This document shows positions 60,148-64,000 of a DNA stretch of 64,000 nucleotides, piece by piece. The notes beneath the pieces are model-generated. The model saw only the letters and a program-made list of their open reading frames with translations, was not told the origin of the DNA and did no database searches. Numbering within the stretch: position 1 is the stretch's first letter; each line of letters opens with the position of its first letter. A program made the position numbers and the translations under genes. Source of the stretch: Acidobacteriota bacterium (GTDB taxonomy: Bacteria; Acidobacteriota; UBA890; WLXD01); NCBI GenBank assembly GCA_963666215.2, contig CAXWPL010000004.1, positions 896,001 to 960,000 of the forward strand. Reading direction: 5' to 3'.

Positions 60148-61190
60148 TGTGTTTTCTAAGTAGGTTGTTCACATCGGGGCTCACTTCTGAGATCAATGGG
60201 GTTGTTCAAAAGACTCCACGACCTCAGAAGGAGCGCCCGATGCAGCTGCATGGTAACGCCCGCACGATGCCGTATATACGCCGAGAGATGGTCCGCCGAG
60301 TCCGGGAGCGGGCGGAGCCCGTGACGGAAACGGCGGCGGCGCTCGGCGTGTCGGCTCGAACGGTTTACAAGTGGCTGGATAGATACGAGCGAGAAGGTGA
60401 GGCCGGGCTGCTCGATCGATCAAGCCGGCCGACGTGCTGTCCGCACGCAACAAGCGCTGGAGTTGTGAGGCAGATCGACAAGCTACGTCGGCGGCGACTG
60501 ACGGCCTGGCAGATCAGCCGAAGGTTGGCTGTGCCGCGCTCGACCGTCTCGGCGTGGCTGAAGCGGCTCGGACTCGCCAAGCTTGATGCGCTCGAGCCCA
60601 AGCCCGAGATCGTTCGCTACGAGTACGAGCACCCCGGTGACCTACTGCACCTGGATACGAAGAAACTGGCCCGTATCCGGCGACCTGGACACCGCATCCA
60701 CGGCGACCGCTCCAAGCGGGCCTACGGCGTCGGCTGGGAGAACGCCCACGTCGCTATCGACGATCACTCTCGGGTGGCGTACGTCGAAGTGCTGCCCGCC
60801 GAAGACCAACACACCTGCACAGCGTTCCTGCAGCGAGCCGTCGAGCACTTCGCTTCGATGGGAGTAGCGGTGCGCCGAGTGATGACAGACAACGGGCCTG
60901 GCTACGTCTCGAAGCGCTTCAATCGCCTATGCCATCAACTCGAGATCCGGCACATTTACACCCGGCCCTACACCCCCAGAACCAACGGCAAAGCCGAACG
61001 CTTCATCCGCACACTCAAGGAGCAGTGGGCCTACGGCACCTGCTACCAGACCTCAGCTCGACGTACTCGAGCTCTACGGCCCTGGCTCAACCACTACAAT
61101 CGTCACCGTCCCCACGCCGGCATCGGCATGACACCGCCGATCGCTCGGCTCTCAGGGGTGAGTTCGTGAACAACCTACCTAGAACTCACA
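60148..61190 (+). mobile_element. IS481-family element (1043 bp)
   Basis: TGT...ACA ends with AGGTTGTTCAC/GTGAACAACCT inverted repeats; flanks CCTAAG/ACTAAG. Confidence 0.92.
60240..61169 (+). CDS. IS481 transposase
   Basis: HGNAR, HLDTKKL, IDDHSR, TDNG, PRTNGKAERF, YNRHRPH. Confidence 0.93.
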   Translation: MQLHGNARTMPYIRREMVRRVRERAEPVTETAAALGVSARTVYKWLDRYEREGEAGLLDRSSRPTCCPHATSAGVVRQIDKLRRRRLTAWQISRRLAVPRSTVSAWLKRLGLAKLDALEPKPEIVRYEYEHPGDLLHLDTKKLARIRRPGHRIHGDRSKRAYGVGWENAHVAIDDHSRVAYVEVLPAEDQHTCTAFLQRAVEHFASMGVAVRRVMTDNGPGYVSKRFNRLCHQLEIRHIYTRPYTPRTNGKAERFIRTLKEQWAYGTCYQTSARRTRALRPWLNHYNRHRPHAGIGMTPPIARLSGVSS

Positions 61191-61751
61191 ACTAAGAGGG
61201 ATTCGTCAACTACGGTAGTTGAAAGGCGCGCAAGGACACAATATTAATCTGATGTGATCTGTAAACTTATTCATACATTACTTAAGCATATTAATGATCA
61301 CTCCAAGGATGCCGCTGGTGATGACGGTCTCGCGGCGGCCGACTCGCCTTGCGGAGCCTGCTGCGACACGACAAGCTGCCGGCCGGCAGCCAACCCGGAG
61401 AGCTGTGGTCGACGTCCGCCGCTGGCCGCCGACAACTCGGCAGCCGTCCTGCTCGCTTTTCTCGAGCTCTTGCCGAGGGCCGAGCGCTAGGTGTGAACGC
61501 TTCGGGAATCGCGCTCGCAACGTCTGGCGCTCGAGGTCAACAGTGCACATGTTCATGACGGCTCGCAGTCTGGCTTTCATCCCCGCCTTGGCGCTGCTCG
61601 CGGCGGGAGCTCGGGCGCCGCAACTCGCTGCCCAGGAAACGCTTCCAACGCCGCGTCTGAGGATGGTCGCTCAGGCTGCCAAGCACCGACGTGCGTTCAA
61701 GTACCGGCCATTTCCTCTAGCCGCCGGTGCGTCCTGCTAGGTTGCTGACAG

Positions 61752-64000
61752 CTAGCGGACGCCGATCACCACCGGTCCCAGTCCGCGCTCGCGTAGACGC
61801 GCGTTGAAAGCCTCGACGTCGGTGTTGATCACTCGCTCGAGCTCGGCGGCCAGATCGCGCAGCTCCTGCTCCAGCACCGCCTGAACCTCGAGGGCCTGGT
61901 CGGTGGGCGGGAAATCGGCCGTGGCGACGCCGCTGAACAGGTAGGTGAGCTTGCCGTGCAGGCGCACGGGCCAGCGCACACCGTCCTGGCCGGTGCCGGT
62001 GAGACGGAGCTGGCGCAGGCTGCCCTGAACCGACGTCAGCGTGCCGAGCAGCTCGTCTGTGGCGGTGGCGATCTCCTCGGAGTCTTCGCTATCGGCGAGC
62101 ACCTGTTGCAGGTCGATGAGCTGGCGGCGCACCCACTCCACACGGTTGATCATCCCGGCGACGGTGTCGATGTCGCCGCGGATTTCCTCGAGGGTCGCGA
62201 TTTGCGCCGCGATGTCGCCGGCCGCTCCCTCCGAGTAGGGGTCCTTGATCACCGTCAGCGGCTGCCGGTGCTCCGACTCGCCGGCCTCGAGCACGACGGT
62301 GTAACTGCCCGGAAGCTGCAGAATGGCCGCGCCGCCCTCGATCTCGCGTACGCGCTCGGGGCCGAGCGTCAACCAGTCGGCGAACTGTGGCTTGGTGCGC
62401 AAGCGCAACGGCGTCGCCGGCTCGCCTCGCAGGTTCCACCACATTCGATTGATGCCCGGGTTCGCGGTGCCACTCAGGGTGCGCACGGTCTCGCCGGCTT
62501 GGTTCTCGATCCGGATGCTGACCTCGGTGGCGCTATCGTCCTCGCCTTCTTCCGAGGGACCCTCGCCGATCCAGTAGCTGATCGCGGCGCCGTATTGCGG
62601 ATTCTCGCCCGTCGTCGGATCGGCGGTCAGCGAGAACGACGAGGTGACCGAATGGAAGCGATAGGCGTCACGCGGTTCGAACAGAGCAATACCAGAACCG
62701 GCTGCGTCGCCGCCTGTCAGGGCAGCGACCATGTCCGCATCGAGCTGCTGGAGCGGACCGAGATCGTCGAGGATCCAGAAGCCGCGGCCGTAGGTGCCCA
62801 CCACCAGATCGTTGAAGTGCTCCTGGACGACGATGCCGTAGACCGGAGCCGAGGGCAGGTCGGTCATCAGCGAGTGCCAGTTGCCGCCGTCGTCCCAGGA
62901 GGCGTAGAGCGCGTTTTCGGTGCCGAGGTAGAGGAGCCCTTCACGCACCGGGTCCTCTTCGATATGGCGGGTGTAGGAGAGTACCGAGTCAGCAATTCCG
63001 TTGGTGATCTTGGTCCAGGAAGCGCCGTAGTCCTCGGTCTTGTAGACGTAGGCCGCGAAGTCGCCCACCTGGTGCCGCTCGACGGTGAGGTAGGCTTTGG
63101 CGGCGGCTCGCTTCGACGCCTGAATCGCCCGCACCACGCCGTCGGGCGGCAGGTCGGGGATATTGCCGGTGACGTTGGTCCAGTTGGCGCCGTCGTCGCG
63201 ACTCATGTGCACCAGACCGTCGTTGCTACCAGCCCAGAACACGCCCTGCTGAATAGGCGACTCGTCGAACGCGTAGATCACGCAGCAGTACTCGACGCCG
63301 ATGTTGTCCGGAGTCAGGCCACCCGAGATTCCTTGCCGGGTCTTGTCGTTGGTGGTCAGATCGGGGCTGATGACATCCCAGCTCTGGCCTCGATTGCGGG
63401 TGCGGTGCACCACCTGGCTCGTGACGTAGACGGTCTCGTTGTCGTGTGGCGATATCAGCAGCGGGAAGGTCCACTGGAAGCGGTACTTGAGCTCTTCGGC
63501 CGCCCAGCCGATCGTGCTTTCCGGCCACACCTCTGTCTGGCGGAACTGGCCGATGCTCTCGCGGTAGCGGACCACGATGCCGCCCACGGCGCCGGAGCCC
63601 GAGGCGCTCGACCAGATGACGTCCGGATCGGTCGGATCGGGAGTCGCGAAGCCGCTCTCACCGCCGCCCACCGGTTTCCACAGGCCGCGCGTGATGCCGC
63701 CGCCGAAGAAGCCGCCGGTGCGCGAGTTGCTCGGGCCGCGGAACGAGGGCCCGTCCTGCCGGTTGCCGTAAACGAAGTAGGGCACCGCCGTGTCGGCGGT
63801 GACGTGGTACATCTGCGCAATCGGCAGCTGGATGCGGTTCCAGCCCTTGCCGCGGTTTTCCGAAATGGAGATGCCCTGGTCGTGGCCGACGATCATCCGA
63901 TCGGCATTGGTCGGGTCGATCCACATGTCGTGGTGGTCGCCGCCGGGCGCCTGCATGTGCGTGGCGTCGCCGCCGCCGAAGAAACCGGAGCTCTCGGTGG
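61752..64000 (-). CDS. BNR/VPS10-like glycosyl hydrolase, 5' part outside the window
   Basis: GDHHDMWIDP, GGGESG, RFQWTFP, ISPDLT, GTYGRGFWILDD. Confidence 0.88.
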   Translation of the reverse strand, partial: TESSGFFGGGDATHMQAPGGDHHDMWIDPTNADRMIVGHDQGISISENRGKGWNRIQLPIAQMYHVTADTAVPYFVYGNRQDGPSFRGPSNSRTGGFFGGGITRGLWKPVGGGESGFATPDPTDPDVIWSSASGSGAVGGIVVRYRESIGQFRQTEVWPESTIGWAAEELKYRFQWTFPLLISPHDNETVYVTSQVVHRTRNRGQSWDVISPDLTTNDKTRQGISGGLTPDNIGVEYCCVIYAFDESPIQQGVFWAGSNDGLVHMSRDDGANWTNVTGNIPDLPPDGVVRAIQASKRAAAKAYLTVERHQVGDFAAYVYKTEDYGASWTKITNGIADSVLSYTRHIEEDPVREGLLYLGTENALYASWDDGGNWHSLMTDLPSAPVYGIVVQEHFNDLVVGTYGRGFWILDDLGPLQQLDADMVAALTGGDAAGSGIALFEPRDAYRFHSVTSSFSLTADPTTGENPQYGAAISYWIGEGPSEEGEDDSATEVSIRIENQAGETVRTLSGTANPGINRMWWNLRGEPATPLRLRTKPQFADWLTLGPERVREIEGGAAILQLPGSYTVVLEAGESEHRQPLTVIKDPYSEGAAGDIAAQIATLEEIRGDIDTVAGMINRVEWVRRQLIDLQQVLADSEDSEEIATATDELLGTLTSVQGSLRQLRLTGTGQDGVRWPVRLHGKLTYLFSGVATADFPPTDQALEVQAVLEQELRDLAAELERVINTDVEAFNARLRERGLGPVVIGVR

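Noticed and set aside
61752-64000. Second BNR hydrolase as the missing half of the truncated one
   Set aside because: It contains the same region (GD.HD.WI.P, GGGESG) in diverged form, so it is a paralog

Overview
GC-rich bacterial chromosome segment. ADOP-type ABC permeases with PadR, sulfatases, BNR/VPS10 hydrolases and a PQQ-like propeller suggest an Acidobacteriota-like organism (inference). It carries housekeeping and metabolic genes (tRNA-Arg(ACG) with tadA, hflX, rpmG, agmatinase family, TRAP/TAXI, a GMC glycoside-oxidation cluster), five IS copies (2x IS256, 2x IS5/IS1182-like, 1x IS481), an IS481-derived MITE and many broken genes. The main result is a 5.6-kb integrated small plasmid (3229-8855) with no recognisable integrase. 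It is bounded by a 5-bp TTGAA direct repeat that lies inside its own repA gene. Circularising at TTGAA rejoins the two repA halves in frame and restores a perfect 12-bp chromosomal hairpin, so integration appears to switch replication off. All family assignments come from motif recognition by eye; no database search was run.
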